Positions 55,101 through 63,800 of a DNA stretch of 64,000 bases are shown here, in pieces. A program made the translations under genes and the position numbers. Origin of the DNA: Eledone cirrhosa. Taxonomy: Eukaryota. The notes below the pieces were generated by a model that was not told where the DNA came from, searched no databases, and was given only the letters and a program-made list of their open reading frames with translations. The DNA lies in assembly GCA_964016885.1 (NCBI GenBank), contig OZ024749.1:10478001-10542000 (forward strand), given 5' to 3'. How positions within the stretch are numbered: the first letter of the stretch is position 1; every line of letters starts with the position of its first letter.

Positions 55101-58100
55101 AGAAATATGGCAATGGAAAGATTAATGACATAGACAGTGCCTTTCATTAGAAATACGGTATTGAAAGGGTTAATGACATAGACAGTGTCTTTCATTAGAA
55201 ATATGATAATGAAAGGGTTAATGTCATAGACAGTGTCTTTCATTAGAAATATGGTAATGAAAGGGTTAATGACATAGACAGTGTCTTTCATTAGAAATAT
55301 GGTAATGAAAGGATTAATGACATAGACAGTGTCTTTCATTAGAAATATGGTAATGAAAGGGTTAATGACATAGACAGTGTCTTTCATTAGAAATATGATA
55401 ATGAAAGGGTTAATGTCATAGACAGTGTCTTTCATTAGAAATATGGTAATGAAAGGGTTAATGACATTGGCAGTGTCTTTCATTAGAAATATGGTAATGA
55501 AAGGATTAATGACATAGACAGTGCCTTTCATTAGAAATATGGTAATGAAAGGGTTAATGACATAGACAGTGTCTTTCATTAGAAATATGGTAATGAAAGG
55601 GTTAATGACATAGACAGTGTCTTTCATTAGAAATATGGTAATGAAAGGGTTAATGACATAGACAGTGTCTTTCATTAGAAATATGGTAATGAAAGGATTA
55701 ATGACATAGACAGTGCCTTTCATTAGAAATATGGTAATGAAAGGGTTAATGACATAGACAGTGTCTTTCATTAGAAATATGGTAATGAAAGGATTAATGA
55801 CATAGACAGTGCCTTTCATTAGAAATATGGTAATGAAAGGGTTAATGACATAGACAGTGTCTTTCATTAGAAATATGGTAATGAAAGGGTTAATGACATA
55901 GACAGTGTATTTCATTAGAAATATGGTAATGAAAGGGTTAATGACATAGACAGTGTCTTTCATTAGAAATATGGTAATGAAAGGATTAATGACATAGACA
56001 GTGCCTTTCATTAGAAATATGGTAATGAAAGGGTTAATGACATAGACAGTGTCTTTCATTAGAAATATGGTAATGAAAGGGTTAATGACATAGACAGTGT
56101 CTTTCATTAGAATGTGGTCCTTTCTGAAGTCATCTTTAACAGCTGGATGCCTTTCTTATGGTGAACAGTTTTAGTCCCCTCTCAAGACATGGATATAATG
56201 CACCTATTCTAAACTGGATACACACATGAAAAGTAAATCAGAAATATTGGTTAGGGGTATTGGAGTCGTAATTCTATAGTCATGGCTTCCCAGGTTGGGT
56301 GACGTGTTGTGTCCTTGAGCAAGGCACTTCATCTTTCATTGCTCCAGTTCCCTCAACTGAGAACTGAGCAGCAGCTGGGGGATGATCTTGTAAAGTCTAA
56401 GTGTAATATAAGTATCACACAGTGTATTATTAGTATAATATAAGTGTCACACAGTGTAATATCAGTGTTATTGAGTGTCATATTAAAACCAAAATAAAAT
56501 CTTCTATATCACCTCTTAATGTCCTTACACAGCATGAAACCACATTAGCATGACATTCTTCAAAGTATAAAAAAGCACGATTAGAAATTAAAGTCTTTAC
56601 CCTAATACTGTAAATTTGCACAACAATCCGTCCACTAATAATGATATAAACATTTTGTATAAAACAACACTATGGCTGCATCACATTGAAAATTGTAGTC
56701 TTAACTTTAATACTGTCAATTTTCACAACAATCTGTCCACTAGTAAAGACATAAGCATTTAATATGATACAACACTATGACTGTACCATATTAAAAATTC
56801 AAATTTTAACTCTCATACTGCAAATGTCAACAATGATCTGTTCACCAATAACAATACTACAAACATTTGAATTAACAGATCCTGTTTTTTTTACACATTT
56901 TTAGCAAAATCATTAAAGGATGTTAAGAGTTAAACATTGCCATATTATAGATAAAAGGTAACTCACCTCAATAGTATCCTTGTCTTTTGATGACTTCACT
57001 AGACGTAACAGAGACTTAACTATTGATAGTTTAGTAGTTTCTTCTGAAGTGTCCTCATCTTCACTGCCATTTGGTAGAGGCAGTGGTCCACTTCTTCCTA
57101 TTTCACCCAATGCCAAAGTCACACTGTTACACATCTGGCTCTTATCCAGAAACATCACTAATCAAACAAAAAAAGAAATATATTGTTAATTTGAAACAGT
57201 TTTTTAATTAAAACAAAAACGCGTCCTTTTATATTTTTTTATCCCATAAGTTGGATTACTTTGAATAAATAATTGTTTCTACTTTTGGCACAAGGCCAGC
57301 AATTACCCAGTACATTACTGGTACTTTATTTTATTGACCCCATAAGGACGAAAGGCAAAGTTAACCTCAGCGGGATTTGAACTCAGACCATAAAGGGCCG
57401 TAACTCTTTGCTGCAAAGCATGGCGTCCGACTGAATAAATAATGAATGAATAATATGTAATTTATCTACTAAATTTCATAGTTGTTGATTAAACATAAAT
57501 ATTCTTATATATAAAGTATTGCTTATTTTAAGATTCACTTCATTAAAATTTTCAAATGTCAACTCTTCCAGCTAACATTCGTTATATTATAACACTTATC
57601 ACATCACTTATATAAATGTTCATATATTTGCATCGTTATATAAGGTTTATATTTCCGTCCCTAATTTTCTCCTTTTTTGTTTTCATAACATTTTAGTTTA
57701 TTATATATTTAGTTTATATATAATATCGTCTTTTTTTAATGTATCATGAATTACTTTACTGATTACAGAAAAGAGTGTAACACAGACTTTGTTCAATTTC
57801 TGTGCATATTATCAATTACGATTTCATTTGACGTATCATATCTACATGTATATATACTTGTGTATAATATCAATATACACACTACACATGTTAGCAGAAT
57901 ACTACCCAAAGGGTGGTTTTTCTGCTAGTTAACATTAATCAAGTAAACTTAATGCTTTAGCATTTAAACCGGCCATATCTGGCCAGAATTCTCTCACCCC
58001 TTTCTGTTCAAACTGGCTGCTCATACTTATGTTAAGGTATTGTTCTCAAAATAAATAATATCAAAATCTCGTGGATTCAATATTATGAGATGTTAAGGAT

Positions 58101-60660
58101 TTACCGTGAAAATACAATAGTTTATATGGAGTAATGTAAATGCTAAAGGGTTAAGTGATGCTGATTAAGCCCTTTAAATGACAAACTACTTGAAACTGCC
58201 CTTGGTTCTATGATATAGAACTGTTTGTTTGAAAGTGTTTATCTAAAAATCTTTCATAATAATTGTATGTAAGAGCCTTTATTAAATTATGTTCCAACAC
58301 CAGATTAATAACACCGTGTAACAAAAATTTTTTTTTTCTCTGTTCCTGGCTTGAAATCACTTTTTTTGTGTTGCTTAGGTCCCAAATAAATAAAAAAAAA
58401 GTGCTTTTAAACAGTTAAAAGTTTGGGTTTGTAAAAATTCTAAGCTATTCACTAGCATTATTTGTATGCTGGATTTTACGTTGTATGTAAGTTTAATTTG
58501 CCTATGTTAAATGATTTTTTTATATATGTTTCAGGTTAAATTAAAATTATAAAATAAAGAGTAATACCTAAAGGAAATTATAAAAGTGCAATAAAGTATA
58601 AAATTGTTAAAAAGTGGATTAAAGAGTTTATTGATACTGGATTTTCGCACCCTGAATAAAGGGTAAGTTGTGTTTTAAGCATTCGTCTTCAGGATGAAGC
58701 AGTGGAACTTGGTCAAGGAGGAAGTGCAGGTGACAAGTCAGAGAAGTCGACACAAACCTTTCTCAGGCTTTTACACTCTTAGGGATGGCCTCTGCTTCTG
58801 CCGTGACGTGCCTGGACTGTTTGACGTTATTGGGTGGCATTTGTGCCCAAGGAGTGGCGGCTATTTATAGACAGCTCCACCACAAGTTTGAAGGCTGTCC
58901 TCCTCCACAATGGAAACAAGTTCCCGACACTGCCCGCAGCTCATTCAGTCTGCCTGAAGGAAGATTACTACAGTGTGAAAGTCCTCTTGGAAGCTCTACA
59001 ATACAACCAGTACAATTGGGAAATCATTGGAGACTTCAAGATGGTGGCTTTCCTGCTAGGACTCCAAGGAGGCTTTATCAAATTTCAATGCTTCCTCTGC
59101 CTTTGGGACAGCAGAGATGCCTCTGACCACTTCAAAAGAAAGAACTGGGAGCAGCGAACAGAATTTGTAGTTGGGACCCGGAACGTCATGTGGGAGCCAG
59201 GATTGTGCTCATGCCGCCACTGCACATTAAGTTGGGGTTGATGAAGCAGTTTGTGAAGGCTCTCAACCAAGAATCAGCTGCTTTTAAGTACCTTCTTGAG
59301 TTCTTCCCCAAGTTATCTGAGGCCAAAATCAAAGGTGGAATTTTTGTTGGCGCTCAGATAAAGAAGGTGTTTGAGTCTACCGAGTTCTCCAATAAGCTCA
59401 ATAGGATTGAGAGAACAGCATGGAACTGTTTCAAGGCAGTTGTTAAGGGCTTCCTGGGCAACTACAGAGCTGAAAACTACCAGCAACTGGTGCAGGATCT
59501 GATAAAGGCTTTTGGCGGCATGGGATGCAGGATGTCGCTTAAACTCCATAGGCTGGACGCTCACCTGGAAAAATTCAAGGACAATATGGGCACCTACTCA
59601 GAAGAACAAGGCGAACAATTCCACCAAGATGTGAAAGAGATAGAGCGGAGGTACCAGGGCCACTACAATGAAAAAATGATGGGGGACTATATCTGGGGGC
59701 TAGTGCGGGAATGCAACCTGGACTACAATCGCAAATCCAGGAAATCCAGTCATTTCTGACGTGTATAAGTTGCTTTATAAGTGTTATTTGTTTTTACTTG
59801 TTTGCTTTTGATAAGCTTGTGTAATAAAATAAATATATACTCTGTTGATTTAATTATATGAACTGATAAATTTTTTTAAAATGTGTTTTTTCTTGAAAAA
59901 TATGAAAATTTCGAAATATCAAACTCCTGACCACAAACCCAAACTTCATTTTAAATAATAGTGTTTTTTTAATAATAATTGGATATAACAAACCATGAAA
60001 TGACACTTAGAACCGGGGAACAAAAAATATGTTACACGGTGTAATGAGAAAGTTATGTCACTAAATCCCTCCAAATTCGTCATTATTTTAAAAATGATTT
60101 GAAAATTATTGTCAGTATCTGTCATTAGAAATACGATAACAAAATGGTTTAAATGTTTATCATTATCATCACCATTTCATGTCCATTTATCCATACTTGC
60201 ATGGGTTGGACGGGACTTGTCCAGCACAGCAGCTTCTTGGTCTTCCTCTACTGCAGCTTCCTTCCACTCGGATTTCTTAGCACTTGTTCACCCAACGATC
60301 ATCATCCATACACATCACATGGCCATACCATCACAGTCTTCTCCCTTTGCACACAACAGCTGATTCCTTTTATATCCAACCTCTCTCTCGGTTCATCCAT
60401 GCTTAGTCATTCCCACACATTAGCATTGCACAGCCATCAGAGCATGCTCACTTCATTTCTCTCCAGCTTTGCATGTCCTTTGCATTCCTCACAACCAATA
60501 TAAACAATTAGATACCTAGTTTTTTAAGGATCTTTGTCATAGCAGCATACATTTCTTTCTGTCCATCTTCCTCCATTGCAGCAGGTCTACAGTTATGACT
60601 TAAGTAGGAACCAATGATATAACCTGATATCAAAATAGAGGAATGTTGCAGTGGCGCATT
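4076..60660 (-). CDS. ECM29: ECM29/ECPAS proteasome adaptor and scaffold, internal part (19 exons, 688 codons; gene extends beyond both window edges)
   Basis: Manual splicing of 19 AG...GT-bounded exons with matching phases gives an uninterrupted frame. It contains motifs recalled from human ECM29: [71 protein letters not shown] and SKSSPMMET. Confidence 0.95.
4218..4388. mobile_element. piggyBac-type TTAA MITE (family M1)
   Basis: Ends ttaa|cactttagcattta and taaatgttaaaggg|ttca; the body matches the other M1 copies. Confidence 0.75.
8430..8842 (+). mobile_element. CR1/L2-like LINE 3' fragment nested in the RTE element
   Basis: [36 protein letters not shown]; (attga)n tail; higher GC than its flanks. 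Confidence 0.75.
8961..9138 (+). mobile_element. SINE family S1 (octopus-type) with 18-bp target-site duplication
   Basis: TSD attatttatatgagtggt at 8943-8960 and 9139-9156; B-box gagttcaaatcc. Confidence 0.9.
10271..10481. mobile_element. TTAA MITE M1
   Basis: TTAA at 10267-10270 and 10482-10485; imperfect TIRs. Confidence 0.8.
11221..11287 (-). CDS. ECM29: ECM29 exon 18 ([23 protein letters not shown])
   Basis: Acceptor cttccag, donor gttggt, 67 nt. Confidence 0.93.
11382..11775 (-). mobile_element. RTE LINE 3' fragment
   Basis: (cat)n tail and ccatgcttgcatgggttggacggg end; encodes a [10 protein letters not shown]-like peptide on the minus strand. Confidence 0.7.
11745..12186. repeat. 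31-bp minisatellite with alternating A/B units (62-bp dimer)
   Basis: Units tttcacatatcctcaccatttacaactgctg and tttcacatatcctcaccattcacagcccccg alternate. Confidence 0.95.
13766..13855 (-). CDS. ECM29: ECM29 exon 17 ([30 protein letters not shown])
   Basis: Acceptor cttccag, donor gtgagt, 90 nt. Confidence 0.95.
14300..15740 (+). mobile_element. Degenerate RTE-clade LINE RT region
   Basis: [61 protein letters not shown] and VDSFCYLGD. Confidence 0.9.
15805..15864 (-). CDS. ECM29: ECM29 exon 16 ([20 protein letters not shown])
   Basis: Acceptor tttatag, donor gtaagt, 60 nt. Confidence 0.95.
16132..16570. mobile_element. Two tandem TTAA MITE M1 copies sharing a TTAA at 16348-16351
   Basis: ttaa|cccttcagcattta ... 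ttaa|ccctttagcattca ... aaaggg|ttaa. Confidence 0.85.
16607..16772 (-). CDS. ECM29: ECM29 exon 15 ([55 protein letters not shown])
   Basis: Acceptor atttccag, donor gtaagt, 166 nt. Confidence 0.95.
16815..17032. repeat. Degenerate (CAC/CAT/TAC)n trinucleotide tract
   Basis: Direct inspection; a similar tract lies at 60720-60852. Confidence 0.9.
17373..18637 (-). mobile_element. Full-length but decayed mariner (Tc1/mariner) transposon
   Basis: TA flanks at 17371-72 and 18638-39. ~30-bp TIRs cgagggtcaactgaaaagttcataggctga / tcagtctatgaactttttagtcaaccctca. Transposase remnants [29 protein letters not shown] and HQDNA. Confidence 0.92.
18671..18792 (-). CDS. ECM29: ECM29 exon 14 ([41 protein letters not shown])
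   Basis: Acceptor atttcag, donor gtgtgt, 122 nt; LPCLL motif. Confidence 0.9.
19338..19495. repeat. ~66-bp tandem duplication, ~2.5 copies
   Basis: The segment gagctagataaccaaataccatagcttggctggtaacttccttttcactggacagccacagagca repeats. Confidence 0.85.
19627..19954 (-). mobile_element. SINE S2 copy inserted into a duplicated ECM29 exon/intron fragment
   Basis: Reverse complement of 1030-1343; it interrupts ggtatc|taattg, with atc on both sides. Confidence 0.88.
20368..20415 (-). CDS. ECM29: ECM29 exon 13 ([16 protein letters not shown])
   Basis: Acceptor ctttcag, donor gtatgt, 48 nt. Confidence 0.93.
21305..21410 (-). CDS. ECM29: ECM29 exon 12 ([35 protein letters not shown])
   Basis: Acceptor ttttacag, donor gtaaga, 106 nt. 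Confidence 0.95.
21843..22727. repeat. 55-bp minisatellite, ~16 copies
   Basis: Unit cttccactgtggcatcaggctgaccaatactttgtgtcacaccatagacatgtgt. Confidence 0.97.
22800..22959. repeat. ~47-bp tandem repeat, ~3.5 copies
   Basis: Unit ccacatgtggcattaagagactcatcagatcagggagctaatcctgg. Confidence 0.85.
23304..23383 (-). CDS. ECM29: ECM29 exon 11 ([27 protein letters not shown])
   Basis: Acceptor ttttacag, donor gtaaac, 80 nt. Confidence 0.95.
23932..24523 (+). mobile_element. Non-autonomous Helitron family H1 with nested 5'-truncated S1 SINE (24028-24120)
   Basis: A|TC 5' end; 3' palindrome ctagcagaaaaccacc..ggtggtttttctgCTAG|T. Related copies start at 39145 and span 57220-57928. Confidence 0.75.
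24536..24925 (-). mobile_element. Two adjacent S1-type SINEs
   Basis: Reverse complement of the 8961-9138 consensus. Further copies lie at about 25271-25458 (+), 28332-28518 (-), 28535-28716 (-), 46353-46540 (-) and 57274-57431 (-). Confidence 0.85.
25755..26821 (+). mobile_element. Young 5'-truncated RTE LINE with intact 3' ORF portion, inserted in a TA/CA compound repeat
   Basis: Uninterrupted frame [45 protein letters not shown] to the stop at 26500; (gat)n tail; the same microsatellite flanks both sides. Confidence 0.92.
27657..28297 (+). mobile_element. Non-autonomous Helitron family H2, abutting the CTAG end of another Helitron (about 27160-27656)
   Basis: TC start; subterminal hairpin cctgtgcaatgccggg; CTAG end. 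Both termini are shared with 47261-47765. Confidence 0.85.
28838..29008 (-). CDS. ECM29: ECM29 exon 10 ([57 protein letters not shown])
   Basis: Acceptor tttttcag, donor gtaagt, 171 nt. Confidence 0.97.
29764..29881 (-). CDS. ECM29: ECM29 exon 9 ([39 protein letters not shown])
   Basis: Acceptor gtttcag, donor gtaaaa, 118 nt; the most conserved ECM29 block. Confidence 0.97.
30459..38810. repeat. 8.35-kb 47-bp satellite (~177 units) in the intron between ECM29 exons 8 and 9
   Basis: Unit acagtgtgggctgggtgctttttgtgtgacaactacatgaccacttg, with a few recurrent variants. Confidence 0.99.
38870..39110 (+). pseudogene. Penelope-like element fragment (region between RT and GIY-YIG)
   Basis: [34 protein letters not shown] resembles the PLE motif HFPxxHxLxKIFNRNTxKISYSC. 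Confidence 0.65.
39145..41515 (+). mobile_element. Internally deleted Helitron with RepHel remnants; nested CR1-like 3' fragment at about 39995-40305
   Basis: ORF 40745-41275 has CxxC..CC.GKVKLP..FKIQGK..GSLLP..QLYFYD (RepHel N-terminus). 41350-41515 has [24 protein letters not shown] (PIF1-like helicase C-terminus). Confidence 0.85.
41516..41731. repeat. 30-bp minisatellite, ~7 copies
   Basis: Unit atgtcaattctgtcaatccactgttcttta. Confidence 0.95.
41732..42365. mobile_element. TTAA MITE M1 carrying an internal 60-bp tandem expansion (~8 copies, 41886-42364)
   Basis: TTAA at 41728-31 and 42366-69. The repeat unit equals the subterminal M1 segment that is single-copy in 10271-10481 and 57953-58150. 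Confidence 0.9.
42428..42496 (-). CDS. ECM29: ECM29 exon 8 ([23 protein letters not shown])
   Basis: Acceptor ttctag, donor gtgaga, 69 nt; LGKTPxG motif. Confidence 0.93.
42585..42888. repeat. ~22-bp AT-rich minisatellite
   Basis: Variants of aaaagccccagaaatgtttatt. Confidence 0.9.
42961..43075 (-). CDS. ECM29: ECM29 exon 7 ([39 protein letters not shown])
   Basis: Acceptor ccatag, donor gtaatt, 115 nt, phase 1 to 2. Confidence 0.93.
43332..43446 (-). CDS. ECM29: ECM29 exon 6 ([38 protein letters not shown])
   Basis: Acceptor acacag, donor gtaagt, 115 nt. Confidence 0.95.
43826..46125 (+). mobile_element. Degenerate CRE-like (RLE-type) non-LTR retrotransposon, 3'-truncated at a (TA)n tract
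   Basis: GC-rich. RT motifs [43 protein letters not shown] and WYLDDA. C-terminal CxC..H..C finger, RHAALN and KRPDG restriction-like endonuclease motif. Confidence 0.8.
46138..46196. repeat. (TA)n microsatellite
   Basis: Pure TA run. Confidence 0.98.
46581..46673 (-). CDS. ECM29: ECM29 exon 5 ([31 protein letters not shown])
   Basis: Acceptor ctctgcag, donor gtatgt, 93 nt; phases match neighbours. Confidence 0.88.
47261..47765 (+). mobile_element. Non-autonomous Helitron H2
   Basis: Inserted between A47260 and T47766; TC...cccgtgcaacgccggg...CTAG. Confidence 0.88.
50155..51652. repeat. ~41-bp minisatellite with length variants
   Basis: Unit aaacacacaccaggaaggtttaacacactattctgttggtc. Confidence 0.95.
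51700..52078. repeat. taatcaaaga(c/t)caaa-(CA)n compound repeat ending about 18 nt from the exon 4 donor
   Basis: Direct inspection. Confidence 0.92.
52097..52210 (-). CDS. ECM29: ECM29 exon 4 ([38 protein letters not shown])
   Basis: Acceptor ttttcag, donor gtcagt, 114 nt; TIGEA motif. Confidence 0.92.
53102..53542. repeat. 34-bp minisatellite, ~13 copies
   Basis: Unit gatgtaggcgtggtctgtggttacctgcccaact. Confidence 0.97.
53593..53694 (-). CDS. ECM29: ECM29 exon 3 ([34 protein letters not shown])
   Basis: Acceptor catttag, donor gtattt, 102 nt; VGDxDFP motif. Confidence 0.92.
53847..54915 (+). mobile_element. Internally deleted piggyBac transposon with N-terminal transposase remnant
   Basis: TTAA at 53843-46 and 54916-19; TIRs ccctttagtgttc / gaatgctaaagag. 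Acidic N-terminus, then [31 protein letters not shown] (PGBD-like), with stops. Confidence 0.85.
54920..56112. repeat. TTAA MITE family M2 (54920 to about 55125) followed by a 48-bp minisatellite (~21 copies) copied from its terminus
   Basis: Unit tgacatagacagtgtctttcattagaaatatggtaatgaaagggttaa. A homologous single-copy terminus lies at 60105-60152. Confidence 0.9.
56967..57157 (-). CDS. ECM29: ECM29 exon 2 ([29 protein letters not shown]...DKDTIE)
   Basis: Acceptor ttgattag, donor gtgagt, 191 nt; ALGEIGRxGPLP motif. Confidence 0.92.
57220..57928 (+). mobile_element. Helitron H1 copy with nested S1 SINE (57274-57431)
   Basis: Collinear with 23970-24523; 3' hairpin plus CTAG|T. Confidence 0.78.
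57953..58150. mobile_element. TTAA MITE M1
   Basis: ttaa|tgctttagcattta ... taaatgctaaaggg|ttaa. Confidence 0.85.
58312..60041 (+). mobile_element. Chapaev3-type (CMC) DNA transposon, frameshifted, nested in an M2 MITE (about 58165-60152)
   Basis: TIRs caccgtgtaaca / tgttacacggtg and a 3-bp TAA TSD. Transposase [61 protein letters not shown] at about 58690-59759. The family name is from recall. Confidence 0.85.
60160..60497 (-). mobile_element. RTE LINE 3' fragment just downstream of the exon 1 donor
   Basis: [10 protein letters not shown]-like coding remnant and cccgtccaacccatgcaagtatgg..(gat)n tail. Confidence 0.75.
60516..60660 (-). CDS. ECM29: ECM29 exon 1 of window ([48 protein letters not shown])
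   Basis: Acceptor ctgtttatag, donor gtatct, 145 nt, ends phase 1. Resembles human [20 protein letters not shown]. Confidence 0.85.
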
Positions 60661-60852
60661 CTATAAACAGAAGGAGGAGATATTATTAATGTTAGATAAG
60701 TAACAACTACAATATGGTTGTATCACCACCACCACCACCATTATTATCATCACCACCACCACAATCACCACCATCATCATTACCATCACCACCACCACCA
60801 CCACCATCATCATTATCATCCCCACCACCATCATTACCCCACCCCCACCATC

Positions 60853-63800
60853 ATATGTCAGAGACCAGTCAGTGGTCAATGAGAACCATTAGCAAGGGTC
60901 AGATATGTCAGAGACCAGTCAGTGGTCAATGAGAACCATTAGCAAGGGTCAGATATGTCAGAGACCAGTCAGTGGTCAATGAGAACCATTAGCAAGGGTC
61001 AGATATGTCAGAGACCAGTCAGTGGTCAATGAGAACCATTAGCAAGGGTCAGATATGTCAGAGACCGGTCAGTGGTCAATGAGAACCATTAGCAAGGGTC
61101 AGATATGTCAGAGACCAGTCAGTGGTCAATGAGAACCATTAGCAAGGGTCAGATATGTCAGAGACCGGTCAGTGGTCAATGAGAACCATTAGCAAGGGTC
61201 AGATATGTCAGAGACCGGTCAGTGGTCAATGAGAACCATTAGCAAGGGTCAGATATGTCAGAGACCGGTCAGTGGTCAATGAGAACCATTAGCAAGGGTC
61301 AGATATGTCAGAGACCAGTCAGTGGTCAATGAGAACCATTAGCAAGGGTCAGATATGTCAGAGACCGGTCAGTGGTCAATGAGAACCATTAGTAAGGGTC
61401 AGATATGTCAGAGACCAGTCAGTGGTCAATGAGAACCATTAGCAAGGGTCAGATATGTCAGAGACCAGTCAGTGGTCAATAAAAACCTTTAGTAAGGGTC
61501 AGATATGTCAGAGACCAGTCAGTGGTCAATGAGAACCATTAGCAAGGGTCAGATATGTCAGAGACCGGTCAGTGGTCAATGAGAACCATTAGCAAGGGTC
61601 AGATATGTCAGAGACCGGTCAGTGGTCAATGAGAACCATTAGCAAGGGTCAGATATGTCAGAGACCAGTCAGTGGTCAATGAGAACCATTAGCAAGGGTC
61701 AGATATGTCAGAGACCGGTCAGTGGTCAATGAGAACCATTAGTAAGGGTCAGATATGTCAGAGACCAGTCAGTGGTCAATGAGAACCATTAGCAAGGGTC
61801 AGATATGTCAGAGACCAGTCAGTGGTCAATAAAAACCTTTAGTAAGGGTCAGATATGTCAGAGACCAGTCAGTGGTCAATGAGAACCATTAGCAAGGGTC
61901 AGATATGTCAGAGACCGGTCAGTGGTCAATGAGAACCATTAGCAAGGGTCAGATATGTCAGAGACCGGTCAGTGGTCAATGAGAACCATTAGCAAGGGTC
62001 AGATATGTCAGAGACCAGTCAGTGGTCAATGAGAACCATTAGCAAGGGTCAGATATGTCAGAGACCGGTCAGTGGTCAATGAGAACCATTAGTAAGGGTC
62101 AGATATGTCAGAGACCGGTCAGTGGTCAATGAGAACCATTAGCAAGGGTCAGATATGTCAGAGACCAGTCAGTGGTCAATGAGAACCATTAGCAAGGGTC
62201 AGATATGTCAGAGACCGGTCAGTGGTCAATGAGAACCATTAGTAAGGGTCAGATATGTCAGAGACCGGTCAGTGGTCAATGAGAACCATTAGCAAGGGTC
62301 AGATATGTCAGAGACCAGTCAGTGGTCAATGAGAACCATTAGCAAGGGTCAGATATGTCAGAGACCGGTCAGTGGTCAATGAGAACCATTAGTAAGGGTC
62401 AGATATGTCAGAGACCGGTCAGTGGTCAATGAGAACCATTAGCAAGGGTCAGATATGTCAGAGACCAGTCAGTGGTCAATGAGAACCATTAGCAAGGGTC
62501 AGATATGTCAGAGACCGGTCAGTGGTCAATGAGAACCATTAGTAAGGGTCAGATATGTCAGAGACCGGTCAGTGGTCAATGAGAACCATTAGCAAGGGTC
62601 AGATATGTCAGAGACCAGTCAGTGGTCAATAAAAACCTTTAGTAAGGGTCAGATATGTCAGAGACCAGTCAGTGGTCAATGAGAACCATTAGCAAGGGTC
62701 AGATATGTCAGAGACCGGTCAGTGGTCAATGAGAACCATTAGCAAGGGTCAGTTATGTCAGAGGCCAGTCAGTGGTCAATGAGAACCATTAGCAAGGGTC
62801 AGATATGTCAGAGACCAGTCAGTGGTCAATGAGAACCATTAGCAAGGGTCAGATATGTCAGAGACCAGTCAGTGGTCAATGAGAACGATTAGCAAGGGTC
62901 AGATATGTCAGAGACCGGTCAATGGTCAATGAGAACCATTAGCAAGGGTCAGATATGTCAGAGACCAGTCAGTGGTCAATGAGAACCATTAGCAAGGGTC
63001 AGATATGTCAGAGACCGGTCAGTGGTCAATGAGAACCATTAGTAAGGGTCAGATATGTCAGAGACCGGTCAGTGGTCAATGAGAACCATTAGCAAGGGTC
63101 AGATATGTCAGAGACCAGTCAGTGGTCAATGAGAACCATTAGCAAGGGTCAGATATGTCAGAGAGCAGTCAGTGGTCAATGAGAACCATTAGCAAGGGTC
63201 AGATATGTCAGAGACCGGTCAGTGGTCAATGAGAACCATTAGTAAGGGTCAGATATGTCAGAGACCGGTCAGTGGTCAATGAGAACCATTAGCAAGGGTC
63301 AGATATGTCAGAGACCAGTCAGTGGTCAATGAGAACCATTAGCAAGGGTCAGATATGTCAGAGACCAGTCAGTGGTCAATGAGAACCATTAGCAAGGGTC
63401 AGATATGTCAGAGACCAGTCAGTGGTCAATGAGAACTATTAGCAAGGGTCAGATATGTCAGAGACCGGTCAGTGGTCAATGAGAACCATTAGTAAGGGTC
63501 AGATATGTCAGAGACCGGTCAGTGGTCAATGAGAACCATTAGCAAGGGTCAGATGTCAGAGACCAGTCAGTGGTCAATGAGAACCATTAGCAAGGGTCAG
63601 ATATGTCAGAGACCAGTCAGTGGTCAATGAGAACCATTAGCAAGGGTCAGATATGTCAGAGACCGGTCAATGGTCAATGAGAACCATTAGCAAGGGTCAG
63701 ATATGTCAGAGACCAGTCAGTGGTCAATGAGAACCATTAGCAAGGGTCAGATATGTCAGAGACCAGTCAGTGGTCAATGAGAACCATTAGCAAGGGTCAG

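Noticed and set aside
55061-56107. 348-aa ORF, the longest in the window
   Set aside because: It is the translation of a 48-bp (16-codon) stop-free minisatellite derived from a MITE end, not a gene.
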